A stretch of 64,000 nt of DNA from Marsupella aquatica. Lineage: Eukaryota; Plantae; Marchantiophyta. The DNA lies in the NCBI GenBank assembly GCA_973895155.1, contig OZ316893.1:2374330-2438329 (forward strand). Direction: 5' to 3'. Positions 26,431-39,386 of this stretch are shown here, piece by piece. The position numbers were made by a program, and so were the translations under genes. The first letter of the stretch is position 1, and every line of letters starts with the position of its first letter. The notes under the pieces were generated by a model, which was not told where the DNA came from, ran no database searches, and was given only the letters and a program-made list of their open reading frames with translations.

Positions 26431-29093
26431 AGAAAACGGTATTGCGTGAGATTGCTGCGCAGAGACAGAGAGAAACGGAGAGGATCTTCGTTCTCGTGCG
26501 TCTGTCCGATTCTGTCTGCTTGTCGTTGCCGCCGGTAGCTCATGGGTTGTTGTGCAGCGCGAGCAGTGGTGAGTTGTGAGCTTTGCCCAGCTTGTGTGTG
26601 TAGCGGTTGTGTGTGTGTGTGTGTGGCGAGATAAGTGTCTGGTCGACGTGGTGGTTGTGGTGGAAGCGCGGTGATGGAAATGAGGGCGCGAGAGGGGGAG
26701 GATCTGCAGGTGTGAAAGCGATTGATATTGCTCTGGACTGTGTTGGATGGTTGGATATGACGACCGGTGCTCTTTCTTCCTGAATTTCGCTGTTTTCTGT
26801 TGTGTTTTCTCTCTCCTCTCCTGTCCTCTCCTCTTACCTTCTCTTCTTCTGTCGATCCGTTTTCTGCGGTTCCTGTTCTTTCGTTCTGGCTCGTCGGGCT
26901 TGCTGGCTGGCTTACAGGCTAGTCCCCCCCCCCCCCCTCGCGCCTCTCGCCCTCCCCACCCTGCTGTGTTCCGCCCTGCCCTCCTCTGCCGCAGCACCTG
27001 TCGTAAGACGTGATGATATGGTACTCGTGCAACACAGGTTTCGTCAAAACGAATTGCTCCCTTGCAATTGGTGCTGGTGCTCTTCCTTCTCCTCTTTCTC
27101 CTCTGCTCTGTCTCCGTGCCCTTCCCTTTCCCTTCATATGATCGACGATTGCAGCAGCGCCGGAGCAAAGATATCGATAGAGTTCTACGATTCCGCTGAT
27201 TTGTTTGTTTACTTGGCCATGTTGTTGTTCTTTGATTGAGCATGTTTTCTCGGGGTTGGATTCTACATCTCTGCTCCCACTCTATTTGCGGCCGAGCATA
27301 GTCGCCATCCATAATCAAGATGGGACCACGGTTCCCTGAGTTTGTCGTCCCTCGCAAAGTAGAAAGAAAGACTTCTACTCCGACTTGTCCGCCGCATGTG
27401 TTCTATGCCGGCGTTCGAATTTTTACTCCAGCCAGCTAGGCCTCTCGGTCTGTTTGTATCGTTCCTATGCTCTGTCCTTTTGTTCCTTGCTTCTCTTGAA
27501 TCCCCCGACACCGATTACCATACATAACGTATGTCAGTTAGTGGAGATTGCTATGGAGATTGCTGTAGAGTCTTTAGAGGGGGCCATTATGGAGGGATGA
27601 CGAAATTGTTGTTCTGCATGAACAGATGCTTGTCCTAGTATCGATTGAAATTGTAATTAGCCTTTCCCTGCTGGTCATCGACTTCCTTCGACGATGCCAG
27701 TCAATTTACTGCAATCTGACCTGTTGACATCAGTGAACTACAGCTTGTCGTATTTGCTCTGTCAGTTCCTGTCACATTCACTCGCCAACCTTCCTGAGAG
27801 CTCACATGATGAACATATGAGACGCCAAATTAAACTTGCTCGTACCATTATATTTTGACATATGCATGAAGTCCTTTTGTGCCTTTCCTCCTTGCGAGTA
27901 ATCGAGCTGCGAATGTGATGGTAAACGGAATCAGCTACTTCTGTTTACATTTTTGTATTCCTCATTTTATCCTTCTATGGGAGCCTCGCCCCCCCCCTCC
28001 CGTCCCCGTGCGTCGCCTTCTCCCCTCCCCTCCCCTCCCCTCCCCTTGCGGTTGATCGACACAGACCTACCAGTTTCTGTCCATTTCCTCCTCAATAATT
28101 CAAAGTCGTCAAAGTTCGCTAGTCTGGGGTTACGTCGATCTTCTTTTGATCTCCAACTCTTGTTATTTGCGCTTTTCTATCAAGTTGAGGCTGAGAAATG
28201 TGCACGTTACTTCCACGGGACTAGAAAACCTTGCTCTGTCTTCTCGTTTGGTTGCCAGCAACTAGACTCATGGCAGATTATTGAAGAACAGTTTGTGCGT
28301 GGGAAGGGAGGGATGCTGCCTTGTTAGTCTATGTTGCGTCCCGTTGCGATATGTTGCGTCCTTGAGTGATTTTCATAGTGCCTTTACTATATTCATTGGC
28401 TAGATTTTGAGGATTCTTTAATCACGCTGGAAGCTATAAGCTCTGTCTTTCTCCATTTGGTCAAAGGCAACAGCTTCTAGCCCTCGCATACTTTTCCCTT
28501 TTCAATTCTTCTGGACCGATACGAATTGGAATTGGAAGGGCGAGTGAGCACATCTCTGAGAAGCCTGACATCAAAATCAATCTCTCGCAATTCCATTCTG
28601 CGCCATAATTGATATCACTCGGTTTTTAACGTTATCACAACTGCAATGTTCTCATCATCAAACGCTACAACTGTCTGAATTTTTAACCGAGCCGTTCGTG
28701 TGAATTGTTCGACTGAGATAACGATAAGAAAACTGCCTCTTATTTTTATCTCTAGTGCTGTGCCGTTATTTGAACATCGCCTCCTGTATGTTGCAGGCAT
28801 TGAGACAATTCTTGAGCGTTCCCAAAAGATCGACGGCAGCCATGTTGCTGCTGCGTCCTCACGCCAGGATTCAGTTTCTCAGTCCCGCGAAGGAGGAGTC
28901 AGAATGACAACGGGCAACAACAGGTCTTTCTTTCTTCCTACTCTTCATCGGAATGTTTTCAAAATAGAGTATCAACAAGGCGTACTGAATCTCCATCTCA
29001 GGACGAGCATTGTGTAAATAAAGCATGAGAACACCTGCGCTAGGGCTGTCACCTTGTTAGCAACGGTCACTGCACCTAAAAGGACAGGACGGG

Positions 29094-32000
29094 ATGGAGA
29101 TTCCTGAATCGGAAAGACCCGAAACTGGAGGCAGGGGCAGCAATGGGGAAGGAGAAGGACAGCGACCGTCGGTTAGCCTCCGGGACGGAGACTTAGAAAA
29201 AGAAGTAGCTGGTCAGGAAGGGGGGCCCCTTCGACAAGCTAGTGGTGTTGTCCAGGCTGCTGAAGAAATAAAGCCACTCAAGATAGAAAGTGTGGACTCT
29301 TCTACGGCTGAGGTTAGTAGCTATAGGTCTAATGTAGATAATAATTCAAATAAGGCAGCAGGAACTTCATCCAGTAGTCCAAATGTCATTGATGGTGCTG
29401 GTCCATCATCTCCAATGGGTGGAACTGGTGGAGAGGTGGGAATGAGGATAAACGACGATGACTCTAATTTGGAAGAGAGGAGTTCGGGTGCTGGGGAAGG
29501 AGGAGGAGCAAGAGGTCAGAGCCATACACAGGACGGCGATCCTCCTCGGCAGCAGCAGGAGGCAAACGATCCTTCCTATCTAGAAGGTGGAACAGCAACA
29601 GCAGAGGCGGCAGCGGCAGACACTACAGCCGTTCAGCAATTTCTCGCTTCTTCCGCTAACTTCGGTGTTCCTCCGTTTTTCCCCCCTCTAAATGATAAGT
29701 CTAGTGAAGCCCACCTCATCGACATTCCGCTCAAAATGAGTTCCAAAGCCGAGGAGTTGGACAGCTTCAAAAGATTCGCCATACCTCGAACACTCAGCAA
29801 TTTTAGTAGAGCATCGGTCGAAAGTGCGGGTGGCGATCAATGTCGGTAAGTTTTAGCCAATACCTTTCCATAAAATTACCCTACCTCGCCAGGAATTGCT
29901 TTCGGTGACATGGATTGGAGGAGCAAAAAGTTATGGACTCGCTTGCAAGAACTGCAGTCCCTTTGTTTGTTTGGCTTCTGCTATTGCCCTTTGTGTCCCC
30001 TCCAATGTGAGCAGATTCAATCTAGCCAATTTTTAACTGTTAGCTGGTGTTGGAACCTGACTGTTTGTCTTCTTCTCCTCCCGCTCTCTCGTGGTGAACG
30101 CTGTGCGGCATTTAATCATACTCTTGGAGGGCAGATCTCCTACCCGCAAACATCAAACAAAATGCATAGATTTTGGCTGCTTTGCGGTTCCAATCCTTTC
30201 GGGGGCTCACGACCATTAGGTGGTGTTTGTTTTCTTGACTTGCAGTATCTGCCAGCAGCATACTGAAGAACCGTTGATGGAGTTAGGTTGTCAGTGCCGT
30301 GGAGAGCTCGCCAAGGCCCATCTCTCTTGTGTTAACCATTGGTTTGGAAACAAGGGGACCAATAAATGCGAAGTTTGCCAGTGCGTGGACCGTTACCCTT
30401 TTCCTGCTCTTAAAGGTCCAGTCCAAAATATGGGACAATAGTTCTGATCAATAGGGTTGGTCAATGCAATATTATTCTGAACAGTTTCGGTTTTTGTCTG
30501 AGGTTGACCTGAAGGTGTTTGGAATATCAGTGTAATAATAAGATGTAGCTCTTTCCTGACAGGCATGTGGCTACGAATGTGCCTCTTCCAGCATCACAAC
30601 CAACCGTAAGCATATACCTACAGACTTTACCTGCAAAGCCAACCTAGAATCTTGGATTATTGATATTCGTTGGTGGAATGGTGCTTAATGAATGATGTTG
30701 TAGGATTTTAGGTCTAGGGATGGGTTCCACCTGAACGTCTATGGAGGTAAAGAGGTCCGTTTCAGGGAGTAATGTGAAGCAAAAGTCCATGGGAATGGCA
30801 CTCTACGCAATTTTCTTGATGGAGAAATATTTTCACTTGTACTGACTTGTTCTTGCATTATAATGACGGTCGATCTGATTTTGATTGTCTCAGCCACATT
30901 TTTGGGTTTGGAGAGTTGGAGGGCCATATAATTCAACTACAAGACGTGGCCAAGGGGTAGGCCCATTTCGCTTCAACCCGCTGCTCATGCGGCCTGTGCT
31001 ACTTATGACATTGAAGCGGCATCCCATGATTCTGCTACTCTGGCTGCTTTTATTTGCTTTTATGGCGTACCTCTTCGTGGATGTCACCGACTCAGCCTCC
31101 ATTGGATATGCTGCCATGCCCATTGGCTTTCTTTTTGGTAAGCTCTAGAGCACAGAGCTTTTCTTTGGGGCCCCTGGTAATCAATCCACGTTGTTGGTCT
31201 GTTTGTTTTGGCTAGGCTCGATTCCACCCCCTTTGGGCGGCGCTGCTGATCCTGATCGCGGGGCTCTTGTTTGATATCCTCATCTCCATTTTCCTTGGAG
31301 CTTCTGCTCTGCCTGTTAATATTATCATTGGTACTCTCTGAACTTTGACTGCCCATTGATGCCCATCACGGCAATGTACCTCTCGTTCTTTCATTTGGGG
31401 TTTTGGGGTTGGTCCAAGGTTTTACCAGATCTGCCTTAGTTGTGACGACACGATTGTCTTCCTGGGCAGACAATTTTCAATACTTTTTCGTTTTGAGTAA
31501 GTTTCATGCTCTCCGGCGAGTAATCTATGGAAAGACTCGGGAGCAAATGATGTTATTTTTCTTTCCCAATGTCTGGTTGGCAGAATAGTTTGCCATGATG
31601 ACGTGCCAGAGTCTTGCTTCTGACTATTTGGATGAGTGGATGACTCACTGTACTAAATGATTTCCAGTAATTTCGTTTCTTTGCTGGATTCACATTGGAA
31701 TGTCTTCATCGATGCGTTCTGTAGTTGACCTTGATCTTGTTCTGATGGTATGAATTTATCAGTGTGGACCTCTTGGTCACCACTTTCGACTCCAGATAAG
31801 ATTAAGCAAGTTGATGTTAGCAGCTTGGTTTGTCCCTGTGCAGGTGTCTTAGTTGTCTTGGGGCTAGGCACTGCTGCCAGACTTGTTCTTGAGTGCTGGC
31901 ATGAGAGAGTTATACGAAGAAATATTCGGAGAATGGAGGAGGAGCCGAATTTAGGGGATTTTTTACCAGCGCAACACAATATAAATATGGAAGTGGATCC

Positions 32001-32299
32001 CGTTGAGGTACGTTGAAGTTAGTGCGCTGGGAGTGCTCGAAAATTTGTTTAGGATACTCTGATTCCAAGAGCGACTTGAACTTCGTTTGGAAGATAACTG
32101 AAAACCAACTAACATATCTACAATAGCAAACTCAGCAAATTGAAGAACTCAGCAAATTCATTGACCTCTACTGCAGGGCCAGGAAGGTTCGGATGTACCT
32201 CCCCCTTCCCCAGGCGGACCTGTTGTACAGGGCTCTGCAGAAGCGTCAGTCACAGCCTCAGTTGCAGCAACGGCAACACCTGACGTTCTAAACCGATAA
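29094..32299 (+). CDS. RING-CH (RINGv, C4HC3) membrane-anchored E3 ubiquitin ligase; exons 29094-29845, 30246-30380, 30563-30605, 30894-30956 (or -31137), 31216-31330 (alternative), 31844-32007, 32177-32299
   Basis: Spliced CRICQQHTEEPLMELGCQCRGELAKAHLSCVNHWFGNKGTNKCEVCQ is the RING-CH consensus. Two TM helices follow, then GVLVVLGLGTAARLVLECWHER. All exon phases are compatible; TAA at 32297-32299. Confidence 0.93.
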
Positions 32300-34559
32300 C
32301 AGGGATTCATTTATTCCGACAGTTTTAATAAAACATGGGGCTGGAAGCGTGCATGCACCTTTCAGGCTAGAGCAACAGATTCTTAAGGCTTGTTTTGTGA
32401 TTATTAGTCGTCTTAGCAGTCCTGCGCCTACTTCATGCGCTGGGATTCTGGGAGCAAGATTTTCCCCGGGAAAGATCCAGATTCTACTCACTTTCTGAGT
32501 TATATTTCACATGGGAGCCTATTTCTTCCATCGTTCGTCATTTGCCATGTGCATTCACATCATTTTCAAAATTTTCATTGCTTTTTCAACTGATAGGGCT
32601 TTTAGTCGGATGTAAATGTTGTCTAGGATTCACCAGTTCAGAAGCATGCTTGTTTCGTTGAGGCCATGGCTCAGACACCGAAGTATAAATTAAGCTGGTG
32701 CGTAAAGTTCTTAGAGGTGGAACTTCATCATCAGCTTGAAAAATTGGTAGAAGCACTAGGAGCCCACCCGGCGGATGTTTCTTATGTTATAAGTAAAGAT
32801 TACACTTTCCACCTCGGCCGCAGTTTGAACTCCACATCTGTACATTGCTCTCATGGCCTGATATGAAACAAGTCTGAGAATGAGAAAGCGTATCATTGAA
32901 TGGTGAATTGTTGCTACATCAGAAAAAGGCTTATCATCATGATGTGTTCATTTTACATTCAACACTTGTCGGTTTTCAAGTCATGGTGTATCAATCCTTG
33001 CAGTACAGAGAACATCACGTTAGTATCTGCCAAGGGAAAGGTATGGATCGGGATTAATTGACCTTCTGGGTGGCTATGCAATCAAGGTATATTGGTATAT
33101 TGAGCAGTTCCTTCATATTGATGAAGATTACCGTCCTCGATTGCTTTTCGTCTCTCAAATGGTGCTTGATCTATCTTCCGCTTCATGTACTTGGTTTTCC
33201 GGACAGTACAGCTGCACGTGGCACCGGACTGCTGTTTCATCATTTCAGGGCACGCATTATTGTCTTCCCAACTTGAATGCAGCATTTCTAGAATGTTAGT
33301 CAAGCTCAGATTTGTTCCTGCGTTGTAGATGTTCTTGGGGTGTGGGCATTTCTGACAGCCTTTGTAGTCATTCGTGGGCCAACATGATTCCCACCAAAAC
33401 AGAGACACCATCTGCCAACCACGTTAGATGTTGGAGGGCAGAGGGGGAAGTGTTTCTCTTTCCAGTGCCAGCCAAAATTTGCTCAAAAGACCTTCCTGAA
33501 AGCAGATCAGCCCGGATGGACGGATGCGACTCCGGTTTTCGTATAGAGATACAAGGTAAGTCTCAAAGTCTGTGTGTTTCCCATAGGGTACGATGTTCAT
33601 TTTCTTTTAACATCATTTGCTAAGCTTTTGAAATTCGTTGAATTTTCATTGGCTTCGTACGTCTGTTAGTGAATCTATCTCTTACTGAAGGAAAACTTGG
33701 ACTCCCCACACTTTCTCATTCAGGGGAGCTTCATTGCAGGGGACATCCAGTGCCTGTTCAAGTTCATCTTGTGAGGTCAGAAGGTATTCTCTTCAGATCA
33801 GTCTCGCGAGAACAAGGTTGTTGTGGGCAGCCGGGCCAGCGTCTGTCTGGATATTCCAGCCATCGATAGAGTGCATACTGACTCTCAGCACTGGAGAAAC
33901 GTTTTCTCTTTCTCACTGTTTGAATCGCCTGCCTCTGCAGTATGGCGTCCAAAGACGCATGCCAATAACTAATCGTAGGTGGACTACGTGATAATGTTCA
34001 CATTCTACTACCTTAGCACATATGGTATCGAATCCAGTGCTTTGCTACCCGAGTGGAAATGCAGATTCCCAGAGTCGAGGGAGAACGAATCCAATGACCA
34101 CACTAGTGACAGGGCAGAATGTTGAATAGAAACAAATTCAGCTACATTGTACTAACAGGAGCGAGGCATCCCTGCCACGAAATGGAATTCGTAATTGACC
34201 CAAAAACTTCTGAGTAGGACTTCACATGAAACTAGAGATCCACGGCAAGATTACTGTTACATTCATATGTTGCACCTGGAATAATGAGTCGTAAGGGACT
34301 AGGGCATTTTACAAAGACGTCTTCTTCAGATGGTTGTACAGTAGATCTTCTACAGTAGGTTCACTCGTATGCCAACAAATTTTAGATCCCAGTTCATCCA
34401 CGACACTCACCTGACTGCTGGAACATAAGCCTAAGTACATTTAATGGCCCCTAAAACTATTTTAGTTCTTATTAGCCTGACTACCTACACCAAAACTTTG
34501 CAACAAAAGGATTACTTACTTGTATTTGACTCTCATTTATTGATTTGTCCCCCATACCC

Positions 34560-34970
34560 TGCTCCCTCAAAGTTAATTGATGTAGGCCGAGTTAGTCAGA
34601 GTTAGCACTCCATTCTCTGCTCCCTCAAAGTTAAGTGATGCAAGCAGAGTTAGCCCTAGCCCCCCGTTGCCTGCGCCCTCAAGTTAAATCTCCCTCAAAG
34701 TTAAATCAAAGTTAAGTGATGCAGGCGGAGTTAGACCCCTCAAAGTTAAGGGCGCCCTCAAAGTTAAATCTCCCTTGACGTTAAATCAAAATTACGTGAG
34801 GCAGGCGGAGTTAGCCCCCCATTCTCTGCACCCTCAAACTCAAGTGACCCCGGAGATTTATATAGAGAGTTTCTTCCAGACCATAAAAGTAGATTTACGT
34901 AGAGATTTTCTTCCAGACCATAAAAGTATATTCATATAGCGAGTTTCTTCCAGACCATAAAAGTAGATTA
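34560..34970. repeat. Short tandem repeats (ccctcaaagttaa-based units, then 3 x ~36-bp ttcttccagaccataaaagta)
   Basis: Directly visible repeated motifs. Confidence 0.75.
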
Positions 34971-35019
34971 ACATTGCCAGTTACTGGCGAGATTAGTCTA
35001 CTCCATAAAAAATATTCAT

Positions 35020-35237
35020 AACCAATTGGCTTAGGTCAATTGGAGGGTATTTGTGTGTGGGTGGGATGGGTTTTGTGGGTAATGGATTGGAGTTTTGATT
35101 ATTTGCTAGGTTCTTGGTGGTCCACTTTGTGACCCTGATTTAATCCTCTCTGGTCCATTCGGGCTCACCCTGGTCTGTCACATTGAGATGGGGGAGTCTA
35201 ATTGTATTTCCTCCCCATTTCGGTTCAAGACAAAAAA
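35020..35237 (+). mobile_element. Short retroposed insert (truncated LINE 3' end or SINE-like), ~218 bp, with a 15-bp TSD
   Basis: ATAAAAAATATTCAT occurs at 35005-35019 and 35238-35252; the insert ends in an A-run. Confidence 0.7.
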
Positions 35238-36672
35238 ATAAAAAATATTCATTTCTGATTTAAGAGGATTGCTTCCTGAAAACAACCTTGAAGTCCCATC
35301 TCGTGTGAGCATACCGAGGGCCGTTGTACCATCCAAGACCAAGAGGGAACATCACAGTGCTCTACCTATGTCGATTAGAAAATTATCTCTCACAGGCACA
35401 GGCACAGGCACGGGAAGCGAGGCATTCTGGGCACAGGCAGGGCTGCCAGGCAGCACTGTAGGCAAGGCTGCAGTTTGAGGGCACATGGTGAGCGGGGAGG
35501 TGGGTTTTCGTGAGGCAAACAGTGACAGAGGGGAAGCTGGAGTTCGGACGATTGAAGGTCAGAAAAAGGACAGGATCTTCACAGGATATGATCCCAGAAA
35601 CTGGTGACTGGTATCGTCGAAGGTTGTTACATTATGATGTAGTAGGTAGCCACGGCGTCAGTAGGGACTATAAGGGAGCTGTTAGACTTATTTATTGTCT
35701 CCAAAATAATACACTCCCTTCGACTGATCTTTCTAATGCGCCGGCAAAAGCTGGCACCCAGAGACAGTTCAAATTAATCATGCATTGTATTAGTCCCATT
35801 ATTGGTAAATTAGCTTGAGATCCGTCCCTGCCTGATTCTTTTCCCGCTCACACACAGATGGTCCTCTGATTCCTGGCCCTTCAAGAACCGGGACAGTTGT
35901 GCTCCTTAGATGAACATTATGTGACCGACGACCTAAAGTAGCTGGTGAAGAGACCTGGTCACTTTTGCCTATTCGCTTGCTAGATAGGCACTTGAGTTTC
36001 TCGATTTAGTTCCTTGCTAGTTAATTGGAGGTCCAGCATCGACAAGCCTGTTGAAAGGGAGAACTTGTATGGTAATAAGTGTTGGTGCCAATCTGCGCCT
36101 CGTAGTCGGAGTGTGATTCACACCTTTGTCAAGAGCAGCGTCTGAAATTTTCAGTTTATCAAAGTGTCACTTGACATCACGGGGGACAGCAGTGGTGTGT
36201 CGGAGCACCCTTGCCATCGTACCTCAGGCCATGCATGAATCGATCGTCAGGGTTTGAATCCAGGGTATTTAGCACGCGGATTTGCTGAAACGCAGGTTGA
36301 AAGGTTCTGATTACTGGAACGCTACTCTTAATTAGAGTAGTACTGCGATTAGAAGCATGCCTGTTGCGTTCCTTTTGTTTGTGTGACAAGCGTAAGAGCT
36401 ATTTCAGATTGTGTGCACGTATAGTTACAGAGGTAGCAATGAAACCGTTGAATGAGTATGGTAGGTAGTATTTGTGCCCTTTCATTCAGAAATTCATTGT
36501 ATTGCAGGATGGAAACAAACCCGAGCAAACAGGCGTAATTGCAAAAACCACCACAAATATTCTACATGAGTGGGTCGGGTATCACTTCACATGGTTCTCC
36601 TAAATGGTTGGATTAGCACGAGCCTGTGTCCGTGAGTACTAGACCGGCATCGACCAAATCAAACAGCCAGCC

Positions 36673-37641
36673 ATGAGTCCGGACGTGAGTGCTAGTTTAG
36701 TTCCCGACGATCACGTGACCGATGTGTTGCTCTCATACAAACATAGTGGGACTCGAGCTCATGGGGAGAATAACACCTTAATCGCAGGAAGTGACAAATT
36801 AAGAGATTGTTATTCTACCTCCTGACTTCCTTTGGCAATGTGATTTATCTTGGAACCGTCTTCTACTATCTGCTCTTCAAAGGCAAGCTCTACGCCAACC
36901 ATTTCTGGGATGTGCTGCATGTTCCATGGCTGCTCCTGGTTTGGTTTCTAGAGATCGTCTACTTCTGCGGCTGCATCATTTCATCTGTCGACAACCTTTT
37001 GCCCCCCAGCAATCGTGCAGACCTTGAGTTTGATGAACTGTCCCACCCAACAATAGATATCCTTCTGCCCTGCTGTAACGAGCCCACTGATGTTCCGGAG
37101 GAGAGTGTTCGGGCTGCTCTGAAGCTAGACTATCCGAGCGACTGCTTCAGGGTTCTGGTGCTAGACGATGGCAGAGACGAAGATCTTAAAGCAATCTGCG
37201 AGACGTTACAAGTTGAGACTGGGGGTCGTGTGGTGTACCTGCGGCGTACAAAGGTAACACCTTCGATCAGATTAATTTGCAGTTCCGATTGGGAATTTCA
37301 CACCTCGTTTCACACTTGCATGTAATAGCACTGACCCTGGTTGCAATTGTAATTTTGTGGATAGGAGTTCAATGCTCGTTCAATGCCCAACTAGTTCTTT
37401 CCCAGTAATTGGGGCAATTTCGGTTCACTTCGATTCCAAATGAACTGCTTTAATTTGTAAAACGTCATGCGGCTGTCCGTGTAAACTTTGCATACCTTAG
37501 ACGTGCAGCACGTGGGAGACATTCTAGAGCACGCAGCTGATGACTTGCATGGGATTGCACTTGCAGGTCGCAGGAGTACCGCATCACTTCAAATGTGGCA
37601 ACTTAAACTATGGCCTGGAGCACTCTGATGCCGAGTATGTG
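36673..37641 (+). pseudogene. GT2 processive glucan synthase of bacterial/fungal cellulose-synthase-like type; frameshifted and 3'-truncated (exons ~36673-37253, 37567-37641)
   Basis: Two N-terminal TMs, then PTIDILLPCCNEP, LDYP...VLVLDDG, YLRRTK|VAGVPHHFKCGNLNYGL. The ATG at 36673 is out of frame with the main ORF, and I see no downstream DxD/TED/QxxRW exons. Confidence 0.8.
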
Positions 37642-38159
37642 GTGAGTATGGCAGGGCGGGAAGCACATATGTGTCAGGGGTGCCCATTTTCTCCATCAAT
37701 GGTGAGGAAAAATAGTCAAATGAATCCAAGGACTGTGGATCTTTCCCACCCAGGAGCTTTTTTGTATTGGGACAAGGATGAAAAAATGCAGGATCCCTTA
37801 TTATAGTTGTAGATACACAGACAAACGCCACTTGCTGATGATCATAATGTGCCACTTAGGAGATGCTTAAAAGACTGGAAGAGGGAACCCTCACAATATC
37901 ACCATATAATGGTGTTTTTGGAATTAGTACAAGGGCTCAGTCACATCCATCTTCTTGCACTTATCAAGTGATTGATAGTTGCAATAAATTAACCAAATTG
38001 CAGGTATTTTTAAGTGCAATCTAATGAGGGCTTTGCACTTATCTAAATCTTGACAAGTTCCATTCTTGCATATATACACTTCCACTTATCAATTCACTGC
38101 TTCATATTAAGCGCCATATACACAAGGTCAATTCAATGGTTGCACCGTTTTTCCAACAA

Positions 38160-38480
38160 AACCCATGGTTTATTGCACTAACTGGTAACATGGGATTTCT
38201 GTGCAATTAGTCACTTAATTGCACTTATTGCCCTCGTGCCAAAACCAATTGTCTTGTTCATGGAACATTATTGCACTAGTCACTTAGAGAGGGAAGCTGC
38301 AATTTACGTGCTACTCATGGAAGATTATTGCACTAAACACATATCCTGAATACAATTTAAGTGTTATTCATGAAAACTTATTGCACTGATCACATATCGA
38401 GGGAAGCTGCAATTCACGTGTTACTCATGGAAGACTGTTGCACCAATCACATGAAGGAAGATGTAATTTCCATGTTAACT
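38160..38480. repeat. Degenerate ~58-bp tandem array
   Basis: Repeated catggaa(g)attattgcacta.tcaca...gggaagctgcaatt units. Confidence 0.7.
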
Positions 38481-38563
38481 TATTTGCTAAACCAGACTTT
38501 GTGAACTTCTCCAGGATTTTAGGTATCGAAATCTGCACTTATCGAGGAGGATTCACTGGTCTC

Positions 38564-38597
38564 ACCCTGAACCCCCTAAACCCCCTAAACCCTAAAC
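38564..38597. repeat. Short interstitial plant telomere-like repeat (CCCTAAA variants)
   Basis: accctgaaccccctaaaccccctaaaccctaaac. Confidence 0.55.
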
Positions 38598-38711
38598 TCC
38601 TGGAGTGTCTTCCGCTTTGAGAGTACAAATGCAGAAAAAACTAGTCTTCTGCTGTGAGAGTACAAATGCCGAAAAAGTTTCTGAAGAGACGAATAAAATC
38701 CTCCTCTCGAG

Positions 38712-39386
38712 TTGTTCCACTTTGGTCGTGGAAAATTTAGCCACTCGCATTGTCTAGTGATCGATTCTCAACGTGGGTGAGATTCTCCCCAATCCCCACC
38801 TTTTGAAGGATTAAAACTGCTCTGTTTTTGAAGCATTTTCCATTGCTTGTAGTGGTCGTCAGCAATCCCAGTGCCTCCCCTCTGTTTCACTTTCGTCGTG
38901 GGAAATTAAGCCACTCGCTGTGTAGACTGATCGGTTCTCAACGTGGATGAGATTCTCATCAATCCCCACCTTTTGAAGGATTAAACTCTGTTTTGAAGCT
39001 TTCTCAATTGCTTGTATTGGTCGCCAGCAATCCCAGGGGCTTCACTCTGTTTCACTTTCGTCGTGGGAAATTGAGCCCACGCGCAGTGTAGAGTGATCGA
39101 GTTTCAACGTGGGTGAGGTTTTCCCCAATCCCCACACTTTGAAGGATACAAGCTTCTCTCTTCTGAAGCTTTTTCAATGGCTTGTAGTGGTCGCCAGCAA
39201 TCCCAGGGGCTCCCCTCTGTTTCAATTTCGTCGTGGGAAATTAAGCCACTTGCAGTGTAGAGTGATCGAGTTTCAACGAGGGTGAGGTTTTCCCCAATCC
39301 CCACACTTTGAAGGATGCAAACTTCTCTGTTCTGAAGCTTTTTCAATTGCTTGTAGTGGTCGTCAGCAATCCCAGGGGCTCCCCTC
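38712..39386. repeat. Satellite-like tandem array, 4 x ~170 bp
   Basis: The unit ttcactttcgtcgtgggaaattaagccact...ccccaatccccac.tttgaaggat...gcttgtagtggtcg.cagcaatcccaggggct recurs at ~38716, 38887, 39051 and 39222. Confidence 0.92.

Noticed and set aside
25271-27357. Several long overlapping ORFs (127-353 aa) on both strands
   Set aside because: They arise from GC-rich tandem repeats and low-complexity sequence with few stops; no domain motifs.
32600-34100. Short ORFs downstream of the RING-CH gene
   Set aside because: No coherent exon chain or recognisable domain.
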